Counted from the stretch's first letter, positions 31,853 through 41,960 are shown. The stretch: 64,000 nucleotides of DNA from Nitrospinota bacterium (GCA_038108555.1 JAYNIA010000003.1:70381-134380), one strand, 5' to 3'. Numbers and translations: made by a program. Notes: a model not told the origin generated them from the sequence alone.

Positions 31853-32455
31853 ATGAAAGCTAAAAATTTATTCAAAGCATTTTTCTTTATAGCTGCGGGT
31901 CTGCTGATAAGTTGTTCAGGAAGTGGTGATGACGATACACCCCCTCCACAAGCTAAAAGGATCAGCGAGGTTAATGTTCCCAAGTTTGAAGGGTCAAGAT
32001 CGAAACCGGTTCAAGCGGTTGCTGAAAATATGCCTTCTACCAATCCCGAAGAGGTTCATCCCGGCGTAAAAGAAGGAGTCAAAATCGATCGTGGGATTGT
32101 GGTTCCCAAGGATGTCGAAGGCCAATGGAAAGCTGTAAAACTAATGGTTCGAAACAAGGTGGATGAATCCAGAAATTCCATGAAAACGGCTTCCCTGGGT
32201 AGCAGTTTTCAGTTGGAAGGATCGGATATTAAAGTGACTGTTGGTCCTTTTATGCCGAACTTTGTAATGACCCAAACTAATTACACTTCCAAGGGAAACG
32301 AATTGACCAACCCTGCGGTCCGGTTGGTAGTTGAAGAAAAAGGTAAAACATTATATGAAGGATGGGCATTTTCCAAATACCCGACAATGTACGCTTTTGA
32401 ACATGACGAGTTTGCATTGCAGTTAATGGATTATATCCCTGCCGATGTTTCCTGA
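31853..32455 (+). CDS. Lipoprotein, DUF2155-like
   Basis: Lipobox LISC; NPAVRL...YEGWAFSKYP...FEH C-terminal pattern. Confidence 0.6.
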   Translation: MKAKNLFKAFFFIAAGLLISCSGSGDDDTPPPQAKRISEVNVPKFEGSRSKPVQAVAENMPSTNPEEVHPGVKEGVKIDRGIVVPKDVEGQWKAVKLMVRNKVDESRNSMKTASLGSSFQLEGSDIKVTVGPFMPNFVMTQTNYTSKGNELTNPAVRLVVEEKGKTLYEGWAFSKYPTMYAFEHDEFALQLMDYIPADVS

Positions 32456-32477
32456 TATAATGTAAAGAAAAAAACAG

Positions 32478-32551
32478 GCGCCCATGGCTCAGCTGGATAG
32501 AGCGACGGTTTGCGGTACCGTAGGTCGGAGGTTCGAGTCCTCCTGGGCGCG
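32478..32551 (+). tRNA. tRNA-Arg(GCG), CCA not encoded
   Basis: GCGCCCA/TGGGCGC acceptor stem; anticodon arm ACGGT-TTGCGGT-ACCGT; Arg-type D loop AGCTGGATA. Confidence 0.92.
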
Positions 32552-32704
32552 CTCTTTTTTACTTGGTTTCATAATCCCCTATTTAATTCAATTTGTTGGA
32601 GTTAGGGTTTTTAATCGGGTATTTTTAGCGGAAAAAAAGGACTCTTTTTTGAATAAAACTAATCTTGCTGTTATCTTCAATATAAAGGAAAACTCTAAGA
32701 GGAA

Positions 32705-33073
32705 ATGACCATGGATATAGTTAAAGATTTCATGTCCACCCCTGTCCTAAGTGTTGATGTCAATGCTCCGGTAGAAGAAGCAGCAAAGATAATGCAGGAA
32801 AAAAGTGTGAGTTGCCTTTTGGTCAAGGAAAATGAGGACCACATCGGTCTCATTACAACAACCGATCTGGTTAAAAAAGTTATGGCTAAAGGATTGGATG
32901 CCAAAGCCACAAAATGTAATGACGTTATGTCAAAGCCGGTTCTTTCTATAAACCATTACCTTACCCGAAGTGATGCCAATTTGATGATGCAGAGAAACCA
33001 AATTAAGCATCTTGCAGTTACAGATCAAAAAACGGTGATTGGAATATTAACTCCCAAAGATATGATTGCCTAA
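32705..33073 (+). CDS. CBS-domain pair protein
   Basis: VKDFMSTPV, GLITTTDL, DVMSKPV, GILTPKD. Confidence 0.9.
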   Translation: MTMDIVKDFMSTPVLSVDVNAPVEEAAKIMQEKSVSCLLVKENEDHIGLITTTDLVKKVMAKGLDAKATKCNDVMSKPVLSINHYLTRSDANLMMQRNQIKHLAVTDQKTVIGILTPKDMIA

Positions 33074-33227
33074 AGATACTGGAAGTATTGGCGACATAAC
33101 GATTGAATATTCGTTTCGATAAAATTAAAATATTCCCTTATCTGCGGTTGGGTCGGGCAAAACGTCTTGGGTCAGAAAAAAAGACGTGGTCTCGGCCTTT
33201 TTTTATTAAAATGCATTAGCACCTGAG

Positions 33228-33317
<90 letters not shown>

Positions 33318-33422
33318 CTATTAGCAGAGGGCAGTTTGCAAAAAGTGAGAGCAGTAACATCAAGTTAATACGAGATGTTTTTGTTTTAAAAAATAATCCC
33401 CTCGCAAGAGGGTAAAAATATT

Positions 33423-33533
33423 GGCAGTTTTGTTGGGCCCCACGCAACATGGCTTTGTGAAACCCGTCAGGTCCGGAAGGAAGCAGCGGTAACAAAATCC
33501 CTTGTGTGCTGTGGGATCCCCAGCAATTCTGCC
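33423..33533 (+). ncRNA. ffs: Signal recognition particle RNA (4.5S)
   Basis: Helix 8 motif GTCAGGTCCGGAAGGAAGCAGC; terminal stem GGCAG/CTGCC; usual position upstream of dnaX. Confidence 0.93.
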
Positions 33534-33567
33534 TTTCCCCTTCGTTTTATTTATAAGGTTCATCCTT

Positions 33568-35151
33568 ATGGACTTCCAGGTATCCGCGCGTAAATGGCGT
33601 CCGCAAAAATTCAGTGAGCTGATTGGTCAGGAACATATCGTCCGAACTCTTTCCAATGCCATCGAACTTGAGCGTGTTTCCCACGCTTTTTTATTTTCAG
33701 GAACTCGCGGGGTAGGAAAAACGACAACCGCGCGAATCCTCGCACGGGTTTTGAATTGTGAGAAGGGGCCTACCATAGACCCTTGCGGTGTCTGTTCCTT
33801 TTGTACAGAAATAACCGATGGAAATTGCGTTGATGTCCAGGAAATAGATGGAGCTTCCAACAATGGAGTTCAGGAGGTTCGTGATCTCATTGACAACGTG
33901 CAATATGCCACTTCCGCTGCCCGGTACAAGGTATACATCATTGATGAGGTTCATATGCTTTCGAAAAGTGCTTTCAATGCATTATTGAAAACACTTGAAG
34001 AGCCCCCGGCTAAAGTCATTTTCATATTTGCAACAACCGAACTGATAAAAATTCCAGAAACGATCCTTTCCCGGTGTCAATGTTTCGAGTTCAAACCCCT
34101 GTCTCAATCGCAAATCACCAAACAATTGCAGTTGATTTGTGATCAGGAAAAAATAGAAATCGAGAAAAGGGGACTTGAAGATATATCCAAAATCGGCGCA
34201 GGAAGTATGCGCGATGCCCAGAGTCTGTTAGACCAGGTTATAGCCTATAGTGGACGAAAGGTGGATACGGAATCCGTAGAAGCCGTATTGGGAATTGTGG
34301 GAGGGAATACCCTTGAAACTTTTGTTGACCGACTAATAGAACGGGAACCGTCAGCACTGGTAACACTGATTCAGGAAATTGTGAAACAGGGAAAAGACCT
34401 GGGATTGTTCTGCAGAAGCCTGATGGAATATCTAAGGAATCTTTTGATCGTAAAAATTTCCAACCAGCCGGAAGCCCTATTGAACACGCAAACCTATAGT
34501 TTGGAAAAATTAAAAGAACAGGCAGAAAAGCTTCATGCAGATGAATTGCAGGTCATGTTTTCGGTTCTTTCAAAAACTGAAATGGATATGAAAAGAAGTT
34601 CCCTGTCACAAATGGTTTTTGAAATGGCTTTGTTACGGTTGATTGAAACACGACCTTTTAAAAAAATAGACGAACTTATTAATACTATCAACCAGGCAGA
34701 AAGCGCTTTTGTTCCGCCTGCTCAAAGTCCATCAGCGGAAAACATATCTAACAATGCCCCAGTTCCGACACAGGTGGTTGAAAATGCCCCGGTTTCGTGG
34801 GATCAATTCAAACAACAGGTTGCTCGCACCAAACCCTTTTTCGAACATTATCTTGAAAAATGCCAAGTGAAAGTTTTTAACGATAAAGAACTTCATCTAA
34901 CGTTTTCAGATAATTTTACTTTTGATCTGGTAGAAACACCCGAAAATATTCAGTATCTGAAAGAAATTGCAAAAACCGTTTGTGGCCATGATTTGGATAT
35001 AAAGTTAACCCTCGATGCAACCTCTTCGGAACCTGTTGCGCCGACCGAAGAAAAAAAAAAGCCTTTAGAGTCTGATGGGGGACAACAGAAATCTGAATCG
35101 GAAATTATTCAGGACGCACTGGACATTTTTGGTGGGATTGTGATCAAATAA
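33568..35151 (+). CDS. dnaX: DNA polymerase III subunit tau/gamma
   Basis: ARKWRPQKF, GTRGVGKTT, Zn-binding Cys cluster, IDEVHML, SRC; start at ATG 33568 (track start lies inside ffs). Confidence 0.96.
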   Translation: MDFQVSARKWRPQKFSELIGQEHIVRTLSNAIELERVSHAFLFSGTRGVGKTTTARILARVLNCEKGPTIDPCGVCSFCTEITDGNCVDVQEIDGASNNGVQEVRDLIDNVQYATSAARYKVYIIDEVHMLSKSAFNALLKTLEEPPAKVIFIFATTELIKIPETILSRCQCFEFKPLSQSQITKQLQLICDQEKIEIEKRGLEDISKIGAGSMRDAQSLLDQVIAYSGRKVDTESVEAVLGIVGGNTLETFVDRLIEREPSALVTLIQEIVKQGKDLGLFCRSLMEYLRNLLIVKISNQPEALLNTQTYSLEKLKEQAEKLHADELQVMFSVLSKTEMDMKRSSLSQMVFEMALLRLIETRPFKKIDELINTINQAESAFVPPAQSPSAENISNNAPVPTQVVENAPVSWDQFKQQVARTKPFFEHYLEKCQVKVFNDKELHLTFSDNFTFDLVETPENIQYLKEIAKTVCGHDLDIKLTLDATSSEPVAPTEEKKKPLESDGGQQKSESEIIQDALDIFGGIVIK

Positions 35152-35198
35152 AAATTATTACCTTAACGAGGAAAGTGCCCAGAGGCATTTAATCCATT

Positions 35199-35525
35199 AT
35201 GTTTGATAAAGGTTGGACGGGATTATTTAAACAAGCTACGGAAATGCAATCCAAACTGGCTGAAATTCAGGAAGGGTTGGCAGAGAAGACCGTTGAAGTG
35301 AGTACCGGCGGGGGAATGGTAAAGGTGGTGGCGAACGGCCTTAATGAAATAATTTCTATTAAAATAGATGATGAACTGATTAACATGAACGACCGTGAAG
35401 TCCTCGAAGACTTGATGGCTGCCGCAATAAACGAAGTCAGTAAAAAAGTAAAAGAATTGGCCCAAGAGGAGATGACAAAAATTACCGGAGGCCTAAAAAT
35501 CCCCGGCCTCTTCCCACCAACTTGA
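35199..35525 (+). CDS. ybaB: Nucleoid-associated protein YbaB/EbfC
   Basis: GGGMVKVVANG, LEDLMAAAINE; dnaX-ybaB-recR order. Confidence 0.93.
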   Translation: MFDKGWTGLFKQATEMQSKLAEIQEGLAEKTVEVSTGGGMVKVVANGLNEIISIKIDDELINMNDREVLEDLMAAAINEVSKKVKELAQEEMTKITGGLKIPGLFPPT

Positions 35526-35612
35526 TAAGAAAAACCAGAATTTTTCTGATAAAGGGGCAACACTTTTGTTTCAATTTAACAAGCTTCGACCAAATACCAA
35601 CGGAGGTACTCC

Positions 35613-36212
35613 GTGAAGAGGCCGCCGGCGGTTATAGAGTTGATTGATGAGTTAAAAAAGCTTCCAGGTATTGGACAAAAAACAGCCGAACGTCTTTCTT
35701 TTTATTTGATGCGCGGCAAAGCCGATCAGGCCAACAAGCTTGCAAATGCCATCCAGAATATTAAAGAAAAAATAATTCTTTGTTCTTCCTGTTATGGAAT
35801 AACCGAAGCAGACCCTTGTCCCATTTGTTCGGACACCTCACGCGACCAAAAACAAATCTGCGTAGTTGAAGAACCCCATGATGTTTATGTTATGGAGAAC
35901 ATGGGATATTTCAAAGGTGTGTACCATGTTTTGATGGGGGTTATCTCACCTTTGGATGGGATCGGTCCAGACGATTTGAATATTGAGCCTTTGAAAGAAA
36001 AAGTTGGCAAACAAGGAATTCGGGAGGTGATTCTTGCGACCAACCCGGATATGGAAGGAGAATCCACCGCAGTTTTTATATCCAAAGTTCTGAAGCCCCT
36101 TAATGTGAAAGTCACCCGCATTGCCAGGGGTTTGCCGGTGGGATCGGATATTGAATACGCCGATTCTGTTACCCTGCTGAAGTCTTTGGAAGGTCGTATG
36201 GAAATGGGCTAG
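35613..36212 (+). CDS. recR: Recombination protein RecR
   Basis: LPGIGQKTAERL, C4 zinc finger, YHVLMG, TOPRIM EVILATNP. Confidence 0.96.
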   Translation: MKRPPAVIELIDELKKLPGIGQKTAERLSFYLMRGKADQANKLANAIQNIKEKIILCSSCYGITEADPCPICSDTSRDQKQICVVEEPHDVYVMENMGYFKGVYHVLMGVISPLDGIGPDDLNIEPLKEKVGKQGIREVILATNPDMEGESTAVFISKVLKPLNVKVTRIARGLPVGSDIEYADSVTLLKSLEGRMEMG

Positions 36213-36389
36213 CACACTAGGCGTGGGGCCAATAGGTCAGGACATATATGGCCAACCATGTGGTTGGGCCTTTTACTATTGTTTTGCTTATATTTTTTCC
36301 TACGTAGTGGGAAAAATATTTTAATTGCTATTGACATTTAGGTAAAACTGGACTATTTTTCAATGTTTTAAGCTTTCAATCGACTCCAT

Positions 36390-36464
36390 TCCGGTGTGGC
36401 GCAATGGTAGCGCAATCGGCTGTTAACCGATGTGTTACAGGTTCGAGTCCTGTCACCGGAGCCA
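36390..36464 (+). tRNA. tRNA-Asn(GTT)
   Basis: TCCGGTG/CACCGGA acceptor stem; loop CT-GTT-AA; CCA encoded; TTGACA-N17-TATTTT upstream (36331-36359). Confidence 0.95.
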
Positions 36465-36500
36465 TTTATATACCGTCATTAAAGACGGAACGCAAAATTG

Positions 36501-36537
36501 AAACCCTGCCAGACTCCGGCAGGGTTTTGTTTTTTTG
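36501..36537 (+). terminator. Intrinsic terminator after tRNA-Asn
   Basis: AAACCCTGCC-loop-GGCAGGGTTT followed by a T tract. Confidence 0.75.
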
Positions 36538-36616
36538 GAAACAGGTTGCATTGCTAAAAATGATTGGTTATTCTCTCTCAAGTGAGAAAAAACCTTTTTC
36601 AACAATAAGATACGAC

Positions 36617-37588
36617 ATGATTAACCGTCCCAGAAGAAATCGACTGACCGCAGGAATTCGCGGATTGGTGCAGGAAACAACGATCCAGCCCCGGAACCTG
36701 GTCTGGCCGACTTTTGTACAAGAGGGTACGAACCAAAGAACGGCCATTGGTTCCATGCCGGGGGTCGCCCGACTTTCTATCGACCAGTTGGTGGCCGACT
36801 CAAAAAAGGCTTTCGAGCTGGGAATTCCGGCTGTCGCACTTTTTCCGGCCATTGATGATTCCCTGAAAAATTCTGAAGGTAAGGAAAGTTTAAATCCTGA
36901 TGGATTACTCCAACGGGCGATCAAGGAATTAAAAAACCAAATCCCTGAGATGGTGGTTATTACTGATGTTGCTTTGGACCCCTATTCCAGTGACGGCCAT
37001 GACGGTCTCGTAAGGGATGGACAAATACTCAATGATGAAACGCTACCGCTGCTTGCAGGCATGGCCGTGGCTCAGGCACAGGCCGGCGCAGATGTCGTTG
37101 CTCCCTCCGATATGATGGATGGTCGGGTGGAAGCAATTCGACTGGCACTCGATGAAGCAGGATTCGAAAATGTTTTGATCTGCAGTTATTGCGCGAAGTA
37201 CGCGTCATCCTTTTATGGGCCCTTTCGTGATGCTTTGGAATCGGCACCGAAAGAAGGAGACAAGAAAACCTATCAGATGGACCCGGCCAATGTCCGTGAG
37301 GCCATCCGTGAAATACATGCCGATGAGGAGGAAGGAGCGGACTGGCTATTGATCAAGCCTGGCTTGCCTTATCTGGATGTGATACGTTTGACGCGCGAAC
37401 ACTCGGAGTTGCCCATTGCCGCTTATCATGTCAGTGGAGAGTATGCGATGCTGAAAGCCGCCGCTGAAAAAGGTTGGCTCGATTATGAGAACTGCCTGAT
37501 GGAAGCTCTTTTGAGTATGAGACGGGCAGGAGCCGACATGATCTTCACGTATGGGGCCATTGAAGCCGCCAAACTCATGCATCGATAA
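36617..37588 (+). CDS. hemB: Porphobilinogen synthase (metal-site Cys replaced by Ala/Asp)
   Basis: RPRRNR, DVALDPYSSDGHDG, APSDMMDGRV, KYASSFYGPFRDA, IKPG; start ATG 36617. Confidence 0.96.
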   Translation: MINRPRRNRLTAGIRGLVQETTIQPRNLVWPTFVQEGTNQRTAIGSMPGVARLSIDQLVADSKKAFELGIPAVALFPAIDDSLKNSEGKESLNPDGLLQRAIKELKNQIPEMVVITDVALDPYSSDGHDGLVRDGQILNDETLPLLAGMAVAQAQAGADVVAPSDMMDGRVEAIRLALDEAGFENVLICSYCAKYASSFYGPFRDALESAPKEGDKKTYQMDPANVREAIREIHADEEEGADWLLIKPGLPYLDVIRLTREHSELPIAAYHVSGEYAMLKAAAEKGWLDYENCLMEALLSMRRAGADMIFTYGAIEAAKLMHR

Positions 37589-37639
37589 CAATATTAAAGT
37601 TCCATCCCGTTTTTTCCAACTCTCACCTTAAAGGCCGCC

Positions 37640-38455
37640 GTGTCTAAAACCGAACACTGGGTTCATGATTTAGATCCTTTCCTTCTCCAGTTCACAGAAA
37701 ACTTTGGCATCCGTTATTACGGGCTGGCATATGCGTTGGGATTTGTTGCAGCCATTTGGTTACTCCATATTTTCTGTAAGAAGGGGAAAGCGGCGCTCAC
37801 ACCCGAGCAACAGTCATTAACCATAACCGCAATTATGGTGGGGGTCCTTTTAGGGGGTCGCCTGGGTTATATGTTTTTCTATGCTTTTCAGGATTTGATT
37901 CACCGACCCTGGAGCGTCTTTCAGGTTTGGAAAGGAGGCATGGCAAGTCATGGAGGATTCATCGGGGTAATCATTGCCTGCTGGTGGATTTCGAAAAAAC
38001 TAAATATCAGCTTTTTACAACTCGGCGATATTTTATGTCCCTTGGTTCCACCGGGAATTTTTTTGGGCCGCATTGCCAATTTCATCAATGGAGAATTATG
38101 GGGAAAAGTTTCCAACGTTTCCTGGGCCGTTATTTTTCCGCAAAGCGCACCCATTGGAACGCCATTGGAGTTGATTGTTCCCCGGCACCCCTCACAACTT
38201 TATGCGGCAGGATTGGAAGGATTGTTGTTGCTGATTTATTCCCAATGGAGATTCTGGCGGACGGATGTTTTAGCAACCCCTGGAAGATTGACCGGAGAAT
38301 TTTTAGCCCTCTATTCTGTGGTTCGGATTTTTGGGGAGCAGTTTCGCGAACCCGATGCCCCACTCATCATGGACCTCAGCCGCGGCAGTTTTTACAGTCT
38401 TTTTCTTTTAGCTGCCGGCACTTTCCTTATTCTCCGCTCACGAAAAACCGCCTGA
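37640..38455 (+). CDS. lgt: Prolipoprotein diacylglyceryl transferase
   Basis: RYYGLAY, GGRLGY, GGMASHGG, GRIANFINGELWG, RHPSQLY. Confidence 0.96.
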   Translation: MSKTEHWVHDLDPFLLQFTENFGIRYYGLAYALGFVAAIWLLHIFCKKGKAALTPEQQSLTITAIMVGVLLGGRLGYMFFYAFQDLIHRPWSVFQVWKGGMASHGGFIGVIIACWWISKKLNISFLQLGDILCPLVPPGIFLGRIANFINGELWGKVSNVSWAVIFPQSAPIGTPLELIVPRHPSQLYAAGLEGLLLLIYSQWRFWRTDVLATPGRLTGEFLALYSVVRIFGEQFREPDAPLIMDLSRGSFYSLFLLAAGTFLILRSRKTA

Positions 38456-38485
38456 ATTTTTCCCAAATCCCCCCTCCATTAGCAC

Positions 38486-38689
38486 CCGTTACAAAAACCC
38501 TAAGAGATAGTTATAAATGGGTTTAATACTAGTTACAAATAGTGGTTATGGTAGTTATAATCACTAAATAGTATAGTTATAATTAAAAAACCACCAATAT
38601 ATTGTATATATTGATAAAAAAACAACCTGTTTTGCCATCATTGACAATGATCTATAACTAGTTATAATAATTATTACAACTAGTTATAA
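38486..38689. repeat. 22-bp phased TAGTTAYAA repeat array overlapping a consensus promoter
   Basis: Copies start at 38486 (degenerate), 38508, 38530, 38552, 38574, then 38659 and 38681; TTGACA (38641)-N16-TATAAT (38663). Confidence 0.8.
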
Positions 38690-38706
38690 TATAGGTTTCT
38701 TAAAAA

Positions 38707-39762
38707 ATGGTCAAAAATCAGGCTGAAGAAATACGGGCTTATCTGCTGGATAAGATCCCGGTGCACCCGAAAAACATCGTGGCCAAAGCAGCGAAGGCAT
38801 TTGCCTGCAGCCGGACGACGGTGCACCGGCATTTGAACCGGTTGCTCCGCGATGGAAAAATCATCAAGTCCGGCACCACCCGCCAGGTGCAATATTTTTT
38901 AAAGACCGATAAGAATAAAGAGATTCATGTGTCTTTGAAAAACCCTGTAGAAGAACACAAAGTCTGGAAGGAAAATTTTCAGGAAGATTTTAAAAACTTA
39001 CCCAAAAACATTCGTGAAATTTGCGAATACGGTTTTCAGGAAATGCTTAACAACGCCATCGATCATTCTGAAGGAACCAGAGTAAATATAAAAACGGAGT
39101 GGACATCAGACAACATCGAGTTATTTATTGAAGATGATGGTATTGGAATATTTAGAAAGATTAAGAATACCTTGAACCTTGAAGATGAGCGCGAAAGCGC
39201 ATTACACCTTTCTAAAGGCAAGTTTACTACAGATCCAGAACACCATACTGGGGAAGGAATTTTTTTTACATCAAGGGCTTTCGATGATTTTATCATTCAT
39301 TCAAAAGGAATGTTTTATAAACGGGAAAACTTGGATAAAGACTGGTTCATCGAATCAAAGAATAGTTCAAATCTCCTTGGAACAGGCTTATTAATGAAAA
39401 TTAGCTTAAATTCAAATAGGGTAATCCAGGATATTTTTTCAGAATTTGTGGGAGAAAACTCGGATGGAATGCCCAAATTTGAAAAAACCCATATTATGGT
39501 TGTCCTGAGTAACTTGGGTGATGAGCGCTATATATCTCGCTCGCAAGCTCGCCGTATAGTTCTGGGTTTGGAAAAGTTCAAACATGTGGTCTTAGATTTT
39601 AAAGATGTTTCAACAGTGGGTCAGGGGTTTGTTGATGAAGTATTTCGTGTGTTTCAAAACAAGTATCCAAAAATTAAAATCGAGTACACCAACGCCAATG
39701 ACGATGTGAAATTTATGATTGAGCGTAGTCTTCCACCGTTGCCAAATGGCGTGATAAAATAA
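38707..39762 (+). CDS. HTH + GHKL ATPase-like + STAS-like (DUF4325) protein
   Basis: N-terminal HTH (SRTTVHRHLNRL), EMLNNAIDHS, DDGIGI, HTGEGIFF, SRSQARRI...LDFKDV..VGQGFVDEVFRV. Confidence 0.8.
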   Translation: MVKNQAEEIRAYLLDKIPVHPKNIVAKAAKAFACSRTTVHRHLNRLLRDGKIIKSGTTRQVQYFLKTDKNKEIHVSLKNPVEEHKVWKENFQEDFKNLPKNIREICEYGFQEMLNNAIDHSEGTRVNIKTEWTSDNIELFIEDDGIGIFRKIKNTLNLEDERESALHLSKGKFTTDPEHHTGEGIFFTSRAFDDFIIHSKGMFYKRENLDKDWFIESKNSSNLLGTGLLMKISLNSNRVIQDIFSEFVGENSDGMPKFEKTHIMVVLSNLGDERYISRSQARRIVLGLEKFKHVVLDFKDVSTVGQGFVDEVFRVFQNKYPKIKIEYTNANDDVKFMIERSLPPLPNGVIK

Positions 39763-39784
39763 AAGGAAAAAATCTATTTAATCC

Positions 39785-40465
39785 ATGGATATAAAATCCG
39801 GAATATTGGCGTTGATGTTATTCCTTTTGCCGCAGGCGGAGTTGAAAACCGTCAACGGTGAAGTGATTTCCATTAAAGACGGCGATACTTTTGTAATAAA
39901 GGATCAGAGGGACAAGCTTTATAAAGTGAGGCTTTCTGATATCGACGCCCCGGAAATTGGCCAACCTTTTGGTCGACCGGCAAAAAGATTGTTGGAGGAT
40001 TTGGCTTTAAATAAAATTGTAAGGGTCAACTACACATTGGTTGATAAGTATGGACGATTGATCGGCGAAGTGTTTCTACCCGATGGAAAAATGTTAAACG
40101 AGGAAGCTATTAAAAATGGATTGGCCTGGCATTACCGGGTGAAGCATCCGCACAGTACCTTTTTAGAAAAGATGGAGTACAAAGCCTGGAAAAAGAAAAT
40201 GGGGTTGTGGGTGCAGGATAACCCTATTCCTCCCTGGGAGTATCGTCGGGAGGCCCGGGTGCCTAATCCTCCAACCAACGAGGAGAATATGGACTATGAC
40301 CTTTATCTGACTTATGGGATTATTGGCGATCCCAAAACCCGGATTTATCAATGGCCCATGTGCAAAGATTATCCTAAATCCCGGAAAGGTTATATTCCTT
40401 TTGGAAATTTACTGGATGCGGAGACGTTGGGATATCGTGCTGCAAGAGGTTGTGAAACTAATTAA
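39785..40465 (+). CDS. Secreted thermonuclease (SNase family)
   Basis: Signal peptide; DGDT, VRLSDIDAPE, DKYGR, GLAWHY, PPWEYR. Confidence 0.88.
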   Translation: MDIKSGILALMLFLLPQAELKTVNGEVISIKDGDTFVIKDQRDKLYKVRLSDIDAPEIGQPFGRPAKRLLEDLALNKIVRVNYTLVDKYGRLIGEVFLPDGKMLNEEAIKNGLAWHYRVKHPHSTFLEKMEYKAWKKKMGLWVQDNPIPPWEYRREARVPNPPTNEENMDYDLYLTYGIIGDPKTRIYQWPMCKDYPKSRKGYIPFGNLLDAETLGYRAARGCETN

Positions 40466-40526
40466 TGTCATCCCCTATTTCATTGGGTAATATGGAAGCG
40501 TTACCTTTTTTTAATACAAAATAAAA

Positions 40527-41948
40527 ATGACAGAACTCTTATTCGTAGTTGATAACGATGTTCCCCACAGGAGCATGATGACCACCTGGTTGGAAGATCA
40601 GGGTTATAAGGTCAAAGTTTTTGATAACGGTGAGTTGTGTCTGAATTGTCTTGATGAGAACCCGGGAGCCATATGTCTGGACATCAATATGCCCGGATTG
40701 CCGGGACTGGAAATCCTGAAACAATTGCGTCTGGCCAACCGGGACATTCCGGTCATGGTGGTCACAAAAGACGATGCATTGGATTCTGCAATTGAAGCCA
40801 TGAAAATTGGTGCTTTCGATTACATGGTGAAGCCGGTGGATAAAATCCGGCTAAAAACCAATGTGGAAAAGGCCATCGAAATGCATACTATGGTTGCAAA
40901 AATCCAGCGTTTGCAGGGAGAGCTTAAAAAAACCTATTCCTATAAAAACATTGTGGGCCAAAGCGAGCCCATGCGCCAGGTTTTCGGGCAGATTGATGAA
41001 GTATCGGGAATTAACATCAACGTTTTTATAGGGGGAGAAAGCGGAACAGGTAAGGAGCTGGTTGCAAAAGCGATCCATTTTAACAGTGCTTATAAGAGTG
41101 GAGATTTTGTGGCTATCAATTGCGGGGCTATACCTGAAGCATTACAGGAAAACGAATTCTTTGGCCATGAAAAAGGCGCGTTTACCGGGGCAGATGATTC
41201 GCGACAGGGAAAACTTGAGGTTGCAAATGGAGGCACTCTGTTTTTAGATGAAATAGGTGAAATGTCGCCCAAGATGCAGGTAAAACTTTTGCGGTTTTTA
41301 CAAGAAAAAAGTTTTGAAAAAGTAGGTGGAACAAAAAAAATTCATGTGGATTTAAGAATCATTTCCGCAACCAACCGAAACCTGGAGGATGCGGTCAGAG
41401 AAGGCCGTTTTCGGGAAGACCTTTATTACCGATTGATGGTGTATCTCATCTCATTGCCCCCGTTGAGAGTAAGGAAAGAAGATATACCTCTGTTGATAAA
41501 TCATTTTTTAAAAAAATATAAAAACGAAATTCCCAAGAATATTTCAACGGTAAGTTCGCATGCGATGGAAGCGTTGATGCGTTATCCCTGGCCGGGAAAT
41601 GTCAGGCAGCTTGAAAATGAAATATACCGGGCGATGGTCACCACTCAAACCAACAGTGTTCAAATTGAAAACCTGTCGCCGGAAATCCAAAAACTGAGAG
41701 AAGGATATGTCGACCATGGAAACCAATTTGTTCCCTATATGGACCAATCAGAAAAAATGTCCTTTCCCGCCAGTCCGCCATCAATTTCACCAACGTTGAC
41801 AGGTACCAAATTTAATGAAATAGAAAAAAATGCGATGATAGAAGCTCTGGATCGTGCAAATGGAAACATCCCTATGGCGGCGAAGGCCCTGGGTATAAGC
41901 CGGGCCACCTTTTACAGGAAAATTAAAAAATATCGATCTGCCAGTTAA
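40527..41948 (+). CDS. Sigma54-dependent NtrC-family response regulator
   Basis: Receiver domain, GESGTGKE, GAFTGA, FREDLYYRL, WPGNVRQL, Fis HTH. Confidence 0.95.
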   Translation: MTELLFVVDNDVPHRSMMTTWLEDQGYKVKVFDNGELCLNCLDENPGAICLDINMPGLPGLEILKQLRLANRDIPVMVVTKDDALDSAIEAMKIGAFDYMVKPVDKIRLKTNVEKAIEMHTMVAKIQRLQGELKKTYSYKNIVGQSEPMRQVFGQIDEVSGININVFIGGESGTGKELVAKAIHFNSAYKSGDFVAINCGAIPEALQENEFFGHEKGAFTGADDSRQGKLEVANGGTLFLDEIGEMSPKMQVKLLRFLQEKSFEKVGGTKKIHVDLRIISATNRNLEDAVREGRFREDLYYRLMVYLISLPPLRVRKEDIPLLINHFLKKYKNEIPKNISTVSSHAMEALMRYPWPGNVRQLENEIYRAMVTTQTNSVQIENLSPEIQKLREGYVDHGNQFVPYMDQSEKMSFPASPPSISPTLTGTKFNEIEKNAMIEALDRANGNIPMAAKALGISRATFYRKIKKYRSAS

Positions 41949-41960
41949 TTCCTCCCCCCA

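Noticed and set aside
32484..32708. 74-aa ORF in the track
   Set aside because: Overlaps tRNA-Arg; translation of tRNA sequence.
36404..36616. N-terminal extension of hemB
   Set aside because: Runs through tRNA-Asn and its terminator; homology begins at ATG 36617.
38486..38689. CRISPR array or plasmid iterons
   Set aside because: Repeat core is only about 9 bp with 13-bp spacers; no cas or rep gene nearby; the array overlaps a promoter.
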